Below are positions 26,295-36,601 of a DNA stretch of 64,000 nucleotides, piece after piece (position 1 is the first letter of the stretch; the number at the start of each line of letters is the position of its first letter). The notes beneath the pieces were generated by a model. That model made no database searches. It saw nothing but the letters and a program-made list of their open reading frames with translations, and was not told where the DNA came from. Source of the stretch: Candidatus Micrarchaeum sp. Its GTDB lineage: Archaea > SpSt-1190 > DYHY01. The stretch covers positions 7,634-71,633 of the forward strand of contig DYHY01000004.1 in NCBI GenBank assembly GCA_020723935.1, read 5' to 3'. Position numbers and translations under genes: made by a program.

Positions 26295-28922
26295 CTAGAC
26301 AAGGAAGCTCACGTATCCCTTGCGCCCGGCCCATTTCAGGGCTTCGTAGGCGACGAGCACGCTCGAAGCAGTCAGGAACGCGAAGACCCAGTCGAGGGGG
26401 CCAAGGGCGACCGTCCGGAAGATCCTCTGCAGGAACGGGACGTACACTATCAGGACGTGCGCCGACATCAGGACGGCGATGGATGTCACGCCGACCCTGT
26501 TCGTGAGGATCCCTATCTTGAAGGCGGACTCGTCGAAGGAGCGGCAGTTAAGGACGTTGAAGACCTGGAAGATGGCGAACGTCGTGAAGGCCACGGTGGT
26601 CGCGCGCGTCTGGTCGCCCGCGAGGAAGTAGGCCCAGAATATGGAGAGGGTCCCTAGCGCCATTATCAAGCCCGTTATCGCCATGTTGATCAGCATGTTC
26701 CTGGATATCAGCGGCTCGCGCATCCCCCTGGGCTTCCTGGACATCAGGTTCCGCGCGCGCGTGGGCTCCAGGCCCAAGGAGAGGGCAGGGGGCCCGTCGA
26801 TCGAGAGGTTTATCCACAGGAGCTGGACGGGGAGTATCGGGAGTGGGAGGGAGATGGCGATGCTCAGAAGTATCAGGAGGATCGCGCCGATGTTGGTCGA
26901 GAGCTGGTAGCGGATGAACTTCCTGATGTTCTCGTATATCGCCCGCCCCTCCTCGACGGCCCCCACGATGCTCGCGAAATTGTCCTCTGTGAGGACCATC
27001 GCAGAGGCCTCCTTCGCCACGTCCGTCCCCGTGAGGCCCATGGAGATCCCGATGTCTGCCTTCCTGAGGGCGGGCGCGTCGTTCACGCCGTCCCCCGTCA
27101 TCGCGACGACGTAGTCCTTCTGCTGCAGGGCCTTCACGATCTTGAGCTTGTGCTCGGGCGAGACGCGGGCGTAGATGACCATCTCCTCGACGATGTCCTC
27201 CAGGGACGTGACCTCGTCTATCTCGCGGCCAGTGAGGACCTTGGGCTCCAGGCCCAGGGACTTGGCTATGGCGATCGCCGTGCCGGCGTGGTCGCCCGTT
27301 ATCATGACGACCTTTATCCCCGCGCGCATGCACCTCTCTATCGCGCCCTTCACCTCCTCGCGCAGGGGGTCCATCATCGCCTGCAGGCCCACGAACACGA
27401 GGTTTTCCTCGTGCAGGTGCTCGCCGGGGAAGAGGGGCTTGTATGCGAAACCGAGGATCCTGAGGCCCTCGGAGGAGAAGACGTCGTTCGCCTCCAGGGC
27501 CTCCTTCCTGTGGCGCTCAGTCATCTGGAACTCGCGGCCGCCGTAGAGTATCTTTGTGCACTTGGCTATCACATCGTCGGGCGCGCCCTTGACTAGGAGC
27601 ATGGGGTTTGCCCCGAGGAGGTTCACCGTGCTCATGAGCTTCCTCTCGCTCGTGAACTCGAACTCATCTATCCTCTTGAAGACGCGCTCCAGCTCCTCCT
27701 TGTGTATCTCGCCCTTGGCGGCGCTCACGATGAGCGCAATCTCCGTCGGGTCCCCCGAGACCTTGTCGTGGAAGAAGGAGGCGTTGTTGCAGAGGGCTCC
27801 TATCTGGAGGAGCATCTCGAGGGCGGGCGTGCGGTCGCCAAGGATCTTGCCGTGGACGTTGTAGCCCTGGCCTGATACCTCACACGTGCGCCCGTCGTAG
27901 AAGACCTTGGTCACGGTCATCTGGTTCTTCGTGAGGGTCCCCGTCTTGTCCGTGCAGATGACGTTCACGCACCCGAGGGTCTCAATGGACGCGAGCCTGC
28001 GCACGAGGACGTGGCGGTGGACCATCCTCCTTATCCCGACGGCGAAGGTTATCGTCATCACGATGGGCAGGCCCTCGGGGAGCGCGGCGACTATCATCGC
28101 GACGGATGTGAGGAGGACGTCCAGGAACGGCCACTTCTTGACGAACAGGAGGAAGCCGAAGACGAGGACGGAGAGCGCGAGGATCCCGTAGGAGAGCTGC
28201 TTGCTCATCCTGTCTATGCTCTTCTGGAGGGGCGTGCTCTCGAACTCTATCCCCTCTATGAGCTTGGCGATCTTGCCTATCTCCGTGCGGGGGCCCGTCT
28301 CGACGACGACCGCCGCGGCCCGCCCGGTCGCGACGACCGTGCCCGAATAGGCCATGTTCTTCCTCTCCGCAAGGGGCGTGTCCTTGTGCAGCGTCTCGGC
28401 GTGCTTCCGGGACGGCGACGATTCGCCCGTGAGCGCGGCCTCTAGGACGGAGAAGGAATGATGCTCGGTGATCCTCGCGTCCGCCGGGACGCGGTCGCCC
28501 GTCTCCAGGAATATGATGTCGCCGCGCACGAGCTGGGGTGCCTCTGCTAGCTGCTTGAGGCCGTCGCGCAGGACCTTCACCTTGAGCGCGGACATCCTCT
28601 TGAGGGCCGCTATCGCGTTCTCGGCGTTCCTCTCCTGCGCGAAGCCTATCACGGCGTTTATGAGGAGAATCAGGGCGATCGCGAGGGACTCGGCCCGGTC
28701 GCCGAGGATGAACGAGAGGACGGATGCGGCGAGGAGCAGGAGGACGGGGAGGCTCTTGAACTGCTCGAGGAAGAGCACTGCGTCGTGGCGGCGCTTGGCC
28801 TCCGCGAGGAGGTTCCTCCCCTCCGCGGAAAGGCGCCTGGAAGCCTCGGCCGACGAGAGCCCCTCCTTCCCGGTCCCAAGCTCCGCAAGGAGGACGTCGA
28901 TGTCCTTCGCATGATGCGACAT
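26295..28922 (-). CDS. P2-type cation-transporting ATPase (Ca2+/SERCA-PMCA-like)
   Basis: 875 aa. ICTDKTGTLT, MITGDHAGTAIAIA, MTGDGVNDAPALRKADIGISMG, 10 TM. Confidence 0.9.
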   Translation of the reverse strand: MSHHAKDIDVLLAELGTGKEGLSSAEASRRLSAEGRNLLAEAKRRHDAVLFLEQFKSLPVLLLLAASVLSFILGDRAESLAIALILLINAVIGFAQERNAENAIAALKRMSALKVKVLRDGLKQLAEAPQLVRGDIIFLETGDRVPADARITEHHSFSVLEAALTGESSPSRKHAETLHKDTPLAERKNMAYSGTVVATGRAAAVVVETGPRTEIGKIAKLIEGIEFESTPLQKSIDRMSKQLSYGILALSVLVFGFLLFVKKWPFLDVLLTSVAMIVAALPEGLPIVMTITFAVGIRRMVHRHVLVRRLASIETLGCVNVICTDKTGTLTKNQMTVTKVFYDGRTCEVSGQGYNVHGKILGDRTPALEMLLQIGALCNNASFFHDKVSGDPTEIALIVSAAKGEIHKEELERVFKRIDEFEFTSERKLMSTVNLLGANPMLLVKGAPDDVIAKCTKILYGGREFQMTERHRKEALEANDVFSSEGLRILGFAYKPLFPGEHLHEENLVFVGLQAMMDPLREEVKGAIERCMRAGIKVVMITGDHAGTAIAIAKSLGLEPKVLTGREIDEVTSLEDIVEEMVIYARVSPEHKLKIVKALQQKDYVVAMTGDGVNDAPALRKADIGISMGLTGTDVAKEASAMVLTEDNFASIVGAVEEGRAIYENIRKFIRYQLSTNIGAILLILLSIAISLPLPILPVQLLWINLSIDGPPALSLGLEPTRARNLMSRKPRGMREPLISRNMLINMAITGLIMALGTLSIFWAYFLAGDQTRATTVAFTTFAIFQVFNVLNCRSFDESAFKIGILTNRVGVTSIAVLMSAHVLIVYVPFLQRIFRTVALGPLDWVFAFLTASSVLVAYEALKWAGRKGYVSFLV

Positions 28923-29061
28923 TATTGTCGGGAAGGACCCGCAAATCGGCGTTAATAATGGTTTGTTTTGTGGGGAACGGCCGGTGGGCCGACCGGAAGC
29001 GGCCCTCGGACCGCAGAGAAGTCCGCCGATTTCCGGCCAGACCTGTCACTAGTTGAGAAAT

Positions 29062-29274
29062 TGGTGGGGTCGTAGGGATTTGAACCCTAATAAGCAGGTT
29101 TCTCCGAAACCAGCCGGAATCTCAAACCCGCTGTCCTGGCCTCCCGCTTCGAGGCGGGATTGTGCCATTCCTTCCTTTCTTTTCAGTCATCGTCTCGTGG
29201 TCCGCTGACCACTCGACTCTTAGCTCCAAGATTTCCCTGGAGCCTGCCGTAATGCCTAGTTATACGACGACCCC
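29062..29274 (-). tRNA. tRNA-Trp (anticodon CCA) interrupted by a 137-nt intron at position 37/38; CCA encoded
   Basis: Canonical 3' half GGGUUCAAAUCCCUACGACCCCACCA ends at 29062. The matching 5' acceptor GGGGUCG lies 200 nt away. Anticodon stem GCAGG/CCUGC and loop CUCCAG|A are reconstituted across the intron. Confidence 0.55.
29100..29236 (-). ncRNA. tRNA-Trp intron; possible box C/D-like element (CGAUGA-CUGA)
   Basis: ACGAUGACUGA inside the intron. Archaeal tRNA-Trp introns often carry a C/D guide. Motif complement incomplete. Confidence 0.25.
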
Positions 29275-29297
29275 TTGCTTTGGGTGAGAACCGGGGA

Positions 29298-29310
29298 GAC
29301 TTTATATAAA
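29298..29310. promoter_or_regulatory. palindromic TATA-like box TTTATATAAAA shared by divergent tRNA-Trp and the ACD gene
   Basis: About 26 nt upstream of the tRNA 5' end and 30 nt upstream of the ATG at 29340. Confidence 0.35.
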
Positions 29311-29339
29311 ACTTGGTGCCGGGGGGAGATGAGGGCAAA

Positions 29340-30725
29340 ATGGCAGAGGCACGGGGAGCGATCAACACCTTCTTTGACCCCAAGACAATAGCGGTCGTCG
29401 GGGTCTCCTCCACTGAGGAGGAAGGGCCGGGCCGGATAATATTCAAGAACCTCTCCTCGGGCTTTCCTGGGAAGGTCTATGCTGTCAACCCCCGGGCCGC
29501 GCAGATAGAGGGGGCGCGCTGCTACCCGTCCGTCGGGGAGATACCCGGGCCCGTCGACCTGTGCGTGATAGCGACGCCCGCCGCGGTCGTCCCGCAGATA
29601 CTCGAGGACTGCGGCCGCAAGGGGACGCGCAACGCGATAATAGTGTCCGGCGGCTTCGGCGAGGTCGGGAACACGGACCTGGAGGCGCGCCTCGAGGAGG
29701 CCTCAGTCAAGCACGGGATCAGGATAATAGGCCCAAACTGCCTGGGGATCTACGACTCGCATTCCAAGATAAACGCGTTCTTCCTCCCCAGCTACAGGAT
29801 ACGCGTGCCGAAGCCTGGGAACGTCGCGTTCATCAGCCAGAGCGGCGCGGTCGCCGGCGGGGGCCTGGACTGGGCGGCCGCCGAGAACATCGGGATCTCC
29901 AAGATCGTCTCCTACGGCAACAAGCTGGACGTAGGGGAGTGCGAGATGCTCGAATACCTGGAGCGCGACGACCGCACGAAGGTCATAATGGTGTACCTGG
30001 AGGGCCTCAAGGACGGGAGGCGGTTCGTGAGGATAGCCCGCAGGGTCTCCAGGAAGAAGCCTATAATAGTCCTCAAGGTCGGGAACACCTCCAGGGGCGC
30101 GGCCGCGGTCAAGAGCCACACCGGGTCCCTCGCGGGCGACTCCAAGGTCTACGCCGGCGCCTTCGCCCAGGCGGGCATCGTCCAGGCGAGGACCCTGGAG
30201 GAGCTCTTCGACTTCGCGAAGGCGTTCTCCCTCCAGCAGCCGGGCGCGGGCCCGCGCGTCCAGGTGATAACTAGCGGCGGGGGCTTCGGCGTCATGGGGA
30301 CGGACGCGATAGAGGAGAACGCTCTCGTCATGGCCGAGATGGGGGAGGAGAGGCGGGCTGCCCTGCGCGCCCAGCTCCCGGCGCATTGCGTGATCGTAAA
30401 CCCGCTGGACGTCACGGGGGACTCGGACGCCGAAAGGTACAAGCTCGCGACGGACGCGGCGATAGATGACCCTGCGGTCGACGCGATCCTCCTGATCTTC
30501 CTCTTCCAGCTCCCGAAGCTCTCGACGGAGGTCGTGAAGATAATGGCCCTCGCCGACAGGCGCACCGACAAGCCGATAGTCGCCGTCGCGATAGGGTCGG
30601 AATTCACGCACCTGCACCGGGTCACGATGGAAGCCGAGGGGATCCCGGTCTACGACACGCCCGAGCGGGCGGTGCGCGCGATGAAGGCGCTCGTCGACGC
30701 GGGACGCCTCCGCGCCGCGCCATGA
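29340..30725 (+). CDS. acetyl-CoA synthetase (ADP-forming) / NDP-forming acyl-CoA synthetase alpha subunit
   Basis: CoA-binding N-terminus TIAVVGVS, succinyl-CoA-synthetase-like core, GPNCLG. Start at MAEARG within track ORF 29313..30725. Confidence 0.8.
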   Translation: MAEARGAINTFFDPKTIAVVGVSSTEEEGPGRIIFKNLSSGFPGKVYAVNPRAAQIEGARCYPSVGEIPGPVDLCVIATPAAVVPQILEDCGRKGTRNAIIVSGGFGEVGNTDLEARLEEASVKHGIRIIGPNCLGIYDSHSKINAFFLPSYRIRVPKPGNVAFISQSGAVAGGGLDWAAAENIGISKIVSYGNKLDVGECEMLEYLERDDRTKVIMVYLEGLKDGRRFVRIARRVSRKKPIIVLKVGNTSRGAAAVKSHTGSLAGDSKVYAGAFAQAGIVQARTLEELFDFAKAFSLQQPGAGPRVQVITSGGGFGVMGTDAIEENALVMAEMGEERRAALRAQLPAHCVIVNPLDVTGDSDAERYKLATDAAIDDPAVDAILLIFLFQLPKLSTEVVKIMALADRRTDKPIVAVAIGSEFTHLHRVTMEAEGIPVYDTPERAVRAMKALVDAGRLRAAP

Positions 30726-31663
30726 CCGCGGGCGTGCCCTGGAACGGGAAGGTCAGGTTCATAATATCGGACGTCGACGAGACCGTCGCCGACGTCTACA
30801 GGAAGGCCTCGCCTAATCTCGTCAAGCGGATAGAGGACGTCCTCTCGGGTGGGCGCTCGATCCTCTTCATATCGGGCCAGGGCAAGGAGGGCATACACGA
30901 GAGAATTACGGGAATGCTCGAGCCGGCGCTGCGCCAGAGAACCCTCGTCGGCGGATGCCTGGGCGCGGAGGTCTGGGGCTTCGGGGCGGACGGCAGGTTC
31001 CTCGGGCGCCCCCTCTATAGCCTCTACGACGCCCTGACGGGCCAGCAGAAGAGGAAGTGGCGCGAGATCGTGGGCAGGGTGGCTGGCGAGTTCTCCCTCA
31101 GGATCTTCCCGCCGATGCCCTTTGCCGACTTCAAGAAGAAGGCGGGCGGGAACCCGCGGGCAGTCATGCTCGCCGACAGGGGCGCGCAGATAACCCTCGA
31201 GGTCGTGAACAAGAGCCTTGCGCCTGGGATACCCGACATGCGGGTCCCCATCGCTAGGAGGCTCAAGGCGCTTCTGTCCGCGGCGAGGCTCCCCGTCAGG
31301 CCGACGTTCGGCGGGGCGTTCGCCCTAGACATGCGCCTCGCCGGGGCGTCCAAGGGCCTCGCGGTGAGGCGCGTCGTCTCCGACGAGAGGGTCCTCTCCG
31401 CGGTGGGCCTCTCCAGGAGGGAAATCCTCCCTATGCGCGAGCGCGTGGAGGTGTGGGGCGATAGGTTCGAGGGCGGGGGCGTCGATTCGGAGATAAGCAG
31501 GGCCCTTCCGCCGGCGGTCAGGTCAATCGACTTCCGTGCCGAGGACCCGGCTCGCTTCCCAAAGGGGCGAAACATCGTCCTCTGGGACGGGCGGCGTAGG
31601 CTCCACGACGGCCTCCTGCAATACCTCTCCTCCCGGCAGCCGCGAAAAGGGCATATTAATTAA
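30722..31663 (+). CDS. HAD-superfamily hydrolase (type IIB-like phosphatase)
   Basis: IISDVDETV (DxDxT motif I). 4-nt overlap with the upstream gene. Confidence 0.55.
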   Translation: MTAGVPWNGKVRFIISDVDETVADVYRKASPNLVKRIEDVLSGGRSILFISGQGKEGIHERITGMLEPALRQRTLVGGCLGAEVWGFGADGRFLGRPLYSLYDALTGQQKRKWREIVGRVAGEFSLRIFPPMPFADFKKKAGGNPRAVMLADRGAQITLEVVNKSLAPGIPDMRVPIARRLKALLSAARLPVRPTFGGAFALDMRLAGASKGLAVRRVVSDERVLSAVGLSRREILPMRERVEVWGDRFEGGGVDSEISRALPPAVRSIDFRAEDPARFPKGRNIVLWDGRRRLHDGLLQYLSSRQPRKGHIN

Positions 31664-31701
31664 CCGGCCCCTCGGGCCACCCGGGCAAGGGAAAGAGAAG
31701 T

Positions 31702-33129
31702 ATGGGAATACGCCTCTACAACACGCTCACGAGGAAGGTCGAGGAGTTCTCGCCGATGGGCGAGACGGTCGGCCTCTACACCTGCGGCCCGACGATATAC
31801 AACTTCGCGCACATCGGGAACTTCCGCGCCTACGTCTGCCAGGACGTCCTCAAGCGCCACCTGCGCCACAGGGGCTTTGCCGTGCGCCACGTCATGAACC
31901 TCACGGACGTCGACGACAAGACGATACGCGACTCGCAGAAGGAGGGCGTCGTCTTGAAGGCCTTCACGGACAGGTACAAGAAGGCGTTCTTCGAGGACAT
32001 CGCGGCGCTCAGCATCGTCCCCGCCGAGGCCTATCCCGAGGCGACCGCCTACATCGAGGACATGATCTCCCTCATCGAGTCGCTAATGAGGAAGGGCGTC
32101 GCGTACCGGGGCGAGGACGGCTCGGTCTACTACAACATAAGGAAGTTCCCGGAGTATGGTAAGCTCTCCAAAATAAACCTCGAGGGGCTCCTCGCCGGCG
32201 CGAGGGTCAAGCAGGACGAGTATTCCAAGGAGCAAGCCAACGACTTCGCGCTCTGGAAGGCGTACGACCCCCCGGACGGGATGGTCTACTGGGAGAGCCC
32301 CTGGGGCAGGGGGCGCCCCGGCTGGCACATCGAATGCTCCGTGATGAGCATGAGGAACCTCGGGGAGACCTTCGACATACACTGCGGGGGGATAGACCTC
32401 ATCTTCCCCCACCACGAGGACGAGATAGCGCAGAGCGAGGCCGCCACAGGGAAGAAGTTCGCGAACTACTGGGTACACAACGAGCACCTCCTCGTCAACG
32501 GGAAGAAGATGTCCAAGTCCATGGGGAACTTCTACACCCTGCGCGACGTCCTTTCCAGGGGCTACTCGGGGAAGAGTGTGAGATACCTCCTCATCTCGAC
32601 GCAATACCGTCAGCAGCTGAATTTCACCTTCCAGGCCCTGGACGCCGCGCAGGCGGCCGTCGGCAGCCTCGAGGAGCTCGTGAGGAACCTGAAGGCGCGC
32701 GAGGAGGCGGGAAGGGGTGCGGCTAGGTCGGACATGCTCCCCGCGCTCGTCGAATCCTCTAGGCGCGCGTTCGATTCCGCGATGGACGCCGACCTCAACA
32801 CCCCCGAGGCGCTCTCCGCGGTGTTCGCGTTCGCGCACGAGATGAACAGGCTCATGGGCTCCCTTTCGGCCGAGGACGCGCAGGACGCCCTGAGGCTCCT
32901 CTCGGAGTTCGACTCCGTCCTGGGGGTCCTGGGGGAGGCGTTCTCGGAGAAGGAGGCCCTCCCGCCGGAGGTGGAGGAGCTCGTCGCGAAGCGCGAGGAG
33001 GCGCGGGCCGGCAGGGACTGGAAGATGGCCGACTCCTTCCGCGCCCAGATAGAGGCTTTCGGCTATGCAGTGCAGGACCGCAAGGACGGGGCGCCCGCAG
33101 TCAGGAAAATACGACCCGAACGTCGCTAG
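31702..33129 (+). CDS. cysS: cysteine--tRNA ligase
   Basis: HIGN (HIGH) and KMSKS motifs. Zn-binding Cys pattern. 475 aa. Confidence 0.95.
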   Translation: MGIRLYNTLTRKVEEFSPMGETVGLYTCGPTIYNFAHIGNFRAYVCQDVLKRHLRHRGFAVRHVMNLTDVDDKTIRDSQKEGVVLKAFTDRYKKAFFEDIAALSIVPAEAYPEATAYIEDMISLIESLMRKGVAYRGEDGSVYYNIRKFPEYGKLSKINLEGLLAGARVKQDEYSKEQANDFALWKAYDPPDGMVYWESPWGRGRPGWHIECSVMSMRNLGETFDIHCGGIDLIFPHHEDEIAQSEAATGKKFANYWVHNEHLLVNGKKMSKSMGNFYTLRDVLSRGYSGKSVRYLLISTQYRQQLNFTFQALDAAQAAVGSLEELVRNLKAREEAGRGAARSDMLPALVESSRRAFDSAMDADLNTPEALSAVFAFAHEMNRLMGSLSAEDAQDALRLLSEFDSVLGVLGEAFSEKEALPPEVEELVAKREEARAGRDWKMADSFRAQIEAFGYAVQDRKDGAPAVRKIRPERR

Positions 33130-33541
33130 GCGGCCGGGGCTTCCAGGAGGAGACCTCCTTGTGCAGCCTGTCGAGGAGGTCGCGCGCCTCGGGGCCTATG
33201 TATTGCAGCTCGACTGACAGGCGCGTGGGCTCGAAGGTCGCCGAGACGAGCGGCTGGCTGTTGTAGAAGTTGGACCAGGTCATCCTCGCTATCGCCTTGT
33301 GCGGACGCTCCTCGGAGAGCTGGTCCGAGTACATCGCGACCAGGCCCTCGCGGTCGATAGGCTTGGCCAGGTCCTTGTAGTGGATTATCTTGGAATATTG
33401 CGGGTAGAATGCCATGCCTGCCTGCGGCTCGGTCGTGACGTCGTGGCGGAACTCCAGGACGTGCACCTGCTCGGGCTCGCCGAGTATCGAGAGGAGGCGT
33501 CTGAGGAATTCGGGGTGCCATGCGACGGGGCTCTTCACCAT
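33101..33541 (-). CDS. hypothetical protein downstream of cbf5
   Basis: 146 aa, protein-like composition. No family recognised. Confidence 0.4.
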   Translation of the reverse strand: MVKSPVAWHPEFLRRLLSILGEPEQVHVLEFRHDVTTEPQAGMAFYPQYSKIIHYKDLAKPIDREGLVAMYSDQLSEERPHKAIARMTWSNFYNSQPLVSATFEPTRLSVELQYIGPEARDLLDRLHKEVSSWKPRPPSDVRVVFS

Positions 33542-33553
33542 GCGGGTGCGGAA

Positions 33554-34543
33554 TCAAGCCCCCTTCTTCGGCTCGTCCTTCTTCTTCCACATGCGCGGAT
33601 AGGTGCCGCCGGGCATGACGACCCTCACGGGGCTCGCCGCCCAGCCCCTGCTTGCGGACGCCATCTGCCGGGCGTCGCACATCGACGTCGCGAGGGAGAC
33701 TAACTCCTCCTTGCCGCTTATGACCGCGATGAGCTCGCCCGGGACGATTCCTGCATCGATCTTCGTCAGCCCCACGCTCGCTAGGTTTGCCCCACAGCAG
33801 ACGGCCTCGATCGCGCCGTCCTTCACCCAGACCTTCGGGAGGTGGGAGACTGCGGATTCCACCGGGAGCACGGCCTTCCTGATCCTCGCCTCCTCGCCGG
33901 ACTCCATCGCGTCGGCAAGGTCCTGGAGCGTCACGCTGTCCGCCTCCATGAACGGCCCGGCGCGCGTGCGCCGCAGCTCCGTCATGTTGGCGCCCCCCAG
34001 CTTCCTCCCGAGGTCGTGGCACAGCTTCCTGATGTAGGTTCCGGCCTCCACGCTCGTCCTGAACAGGGCGTCCTGGCCCTCGATCTCCGTTATCTCCAGG
34101 GAATACACGCGCCTGGGCCTGATCTCGCGCTTCACCGCCGAGCGCACAGGGGGCTTCTGCATTATCGTCCCGACGAACCCCGCGGCCGCGGAGCGCAGGG
34201 CGGCCTCGTCGACCGGATGGTGCAGGTGCATAACCCCGACGTACTCCTTCCCCGCCGGAAGGAGGGCGTAGAGGACCTTCGTCGCGTCGTTTATCGCGGT
34301 CGGGAGGACGCCCGTGACGTTAGGGTCCAGGGTCCCTGAATGGCCCGCGCGCGCGGCCGAGAGCATGTCCCTCACCCAGGAGGCAACCTCGTGGCTCGTC
34401 GGGCCCGCGGGCTTGTTCAGGTTTATCACGCCGAAGCGCATGAGCTCCTTCATCGGCCGCGCGTCGGGGAAAATGCCGAACTTCTGGTCGGACTCCTCGG
34501 AAGATGCGCCTTCGCGGGAAAGGAACTCGCCGGTCTTGGGCAT
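33554..34543 (-). CDS. cbf5: H/ACA RNP pseudouridine synthase Cbf5 (TruB family with PUA domain)
   Basis: GHSGTLDPNVTG catalytic motif. C-terminal PUA-like region. Confidence 0.9.
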   Translation of the reverse strand: MPKTGEFLSREGASSEESDQKFGIFPDARPMKELMRFGVINLNKPAGPTSHEVASWVRDMLSAARAGHSGTLDPNVTGVLPTAINDATKVLYALLPAGKEYVGVMHLHHPVDEAALRSAAAGFVGTIMQKPPVRSAVKREIRPRRVYSLEITEIEGQDALFRTSVEAGTYIRKLCHDLGRKLGGANMTELRRTRAGPFMEADSVTLQDLADAMESGEEARIRKAVLPVESAVSHLPKVWVKDGAIEAVCCGANLASVGLTKIDAGIVPGELIAVISGKEELVSLATSMCDARQMASASRGWAASPVRVVMPGGTYPRMWKKKDEPKKGA

Positions 34544-34607
34544 TGTGCTCAGCCGGAGTGCGCGGCCCCCTCTTTTAAAACCGCGCCGCCCGCCGCTCCC
34601 GGGCCGC

Positions 34608-35072
34608 CTAGATCTCTATCTCGAAAAAGTCGCGCACGATGAGGCTCGCGACGACCGCTATGTAGAAGTACCACCAGAACCAGGAGAGGCTGGACACGAA
34701 GGCTATCGGGGGCATCTTCCAGACGAGGATCGGGATGGGCATGGGCGTCGGTATCTGCAGCGTCGCGTACGCCTTCTGGGCCCAGCCGAGGAGGAAGATG
34801 AAGATGAAGGACGAGATGAGGTTGGGCTTCATCGTGAGGGAGAGGCGCCTCATGGAGAGCTCGTTCACCTTCCCCAGGGCCCCCTCGAGCTTCTTGGGCT
34901 CCTTCGTCTTCTGCGCCTCCTTCATCTTGGCCTGGGCGTGCTCCAGCTGCTTCTTGAGCTCGCGCAGCGCCGTCTGGTCGGAGAGCTTCTTGAAGAGGAG
35001 GTTCTGTATTACCACCGCGGCGAACGCTATCGCGATTATCTCAAGGGCCTTGAGGGCGACTTCGGAGACCAT
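34608..35072 (-). CDS. DUF106-type membrane protein (archaeal YidC/Oxa1/EMC3-like insertase)
   Basis: TM1, Lys-rich coiled coil, TM2-TM3. Located next to secY as in many archaea. Confidence 0.55.
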   Translation of the reverse strand: MVSEVALKALEIIAIAFAAVVIQNLLFKKLSDQTALRELKKQLEHAQAKMKEAQKTKEPKKLEGALGKVNELSMRRLSLTMKPNLISSFIFIFLLGWAQKAYATLQIPTPMPIPILVWKMPPIAFVSSLSWFWWYFYIAVVASLIVRDFFEIEI

Positions 35073-35084
35073 CCTAGGGCCCCC

Positions 35085-36542
35085 TCACTTGCTCCCGGCG
35101 ACGAAGCCTTTGAGCATCGGGGCCATGTCGACGAGGTGCTGCTTGACGACGCTCTCGTACATCTTGTAGACTATCATGACCGTAAGGAGTATCCCCGTGC
35201 CCCCGCCTATCGCCTGCGTGAAGTCGGCGAACGCCGCGAGGAGGCCGACGGCCGCCCCGCCTATCACGGTGAGGTAGGGGATGTAGCGGTCCAGGATCAT
35301 CTCTATCACGCGCGGGTCGCTCCTGAAGCCTCTCACCTGCATCCCGGCCTGGTTGATCTGCGCGGCGACCGACTTTGTGTCCTGGCCACTAGTCTTCACC
35401 CAGAAGATGGAGAAGAGGACGGAACCCACGACCATGAAGACTGTGTACGTGAAGGCCTGCAGGAGCATCGTGAGGTATATCAGGTTGTAGAAGTTGGCCG
35501 CCCCGCCGGCGACGAAGAGTGATGACACGTCGCGCGCGACCCCCCCGAAGAAGGCGAAGGGGTTGAGGAGGTATGTTATGAAGTTCGTCGGGGGCGTGAG
35601 GAAGAATATCAGGCCCGTCGCCGGGGCGTTGTTTGTCACGGTCCCCAGGAAGGCGAACCCCGCGTTCTGCGCGAGGCGCGCCCAGAGCTGGAGGTTTGCT
35701 ATCAGCGCCGCGACGAGGATGACGGGGATGTTCCCCGTGTAGAAGAGGTTGAGCGGCCAGCGCGTCGTCATCCCCGCGATCCTGCCGAACGCGAGGGGGA
35801 TCTCGACGTTTATCGACTGGGCGTAGACCGCGATGAAGAAGACGATGATCGTGAACACTATCGGGACGAGGACGTAGAGGGCCTGCGTCGGGTCGCCCTG
35901 GCCGAGGAACTGTAGGGCAGCGGGTATCCGGCCGGCCGCGATCGTCGGGTTCTGCGGGTTGGGGAGCGGGTTGAGGGCAGCGACCATCACTTCCGTCGCG
36001 ACGCCCGCCGCTATGAACAGGCTTATGCCCGAGACGAACCCCCATTTCTGGCAGAGCTCGTCGAGGAGGGCTATCAGCATCGTGCCCATGAAGAGCTGGG
36101 CCACGAGGAGCATCTTGAGGGTCGGGTCGTTGTTGAGCGCCGGAAGGCCGCCCATGTAGACGTAGATCCCCGCCTCGAAGAGGGCGACGACGATCGTGAG
36201 GACCTGCGAGAGGCCCTGGAAGATCTGCTTGTCGCGCGGCTTGCTCATATCCAGCGGCAGGAGCTTGACGCCGACAAGGAGCTGCAGGATTATCCCGGCG
36301 GTGACTATCGGGCCTATTCCCAGGGTTATTATGGACCCGAAGCGCCCGGCTATTATCGCCCTGACCGCCTGGAAGAAATCCACTTCCCACTGGGGGTCCA
36401 GGCCGTAGAGGGGGATCATGCCTAGGACGTAGTAGATGAGGAGGGCTATGGCGGTCCATTTCAGCTTCTCGTTGAATCCGAGGCGGAGGGTCGGCTTCTT
36501 TATCGCTGGGATGTATTTCAGGACTTCCTCTATTCCCGGCAT
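35085..36542 (-). CDS. secY: preprotein translocase subunit SecY
   Basis: 485 aa, 10 TM, canonical SecY N-terminus. Confidence 0.95.
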   Translation of the reverse strand: MPGIEEVLKYIPAIKKPTLRLGFNEKLKWTAIALLIYYVLGMIPLYGLDPQWEVDFFQAVRAIIAGRFGSIITLGIGPIVTAGIILQLLVGVKLLPLDMSKPRDKQIFQGLSQVLTIVVALFEAGIYVYMGGLPALNNDPTLKMLLVAQLFMGTMLIALLDELCQKWGFVSGISLFIAAGVATEVMVAALNPLPNPQNPTIAAGRIPAALQFLGQGDPTQALYVLVPIVFTIIVFFIAVYAQSINVEIPLAFGRIAGMTTRWPLNLFYTGNIPVILVAALIANLQLWARLAQNAGFAFLGTVTNNAPATGLIFFLTPPTNFITYLLNPFAFFGGVARDVSSLFVAGGAANFYNLIYLTMLLQAFTYTVFMVVGSVLFSIFWVKTSGQDTKSVAAQINQAGMQVRGFRSDPRVIEMILDRYIPYLTVIGGAAVGLLAAFADFTQAIGGGTGILLTVMIVYKMYESVVKQHLVDMAPMLKGFVAGSK

Positions 36543-36601
36543 CTGTGTTTCGAATCCTTCCCTTCAGTTCCCCGGCCGACCGCGCGGCCCGCGCCTTCCG
36601 G

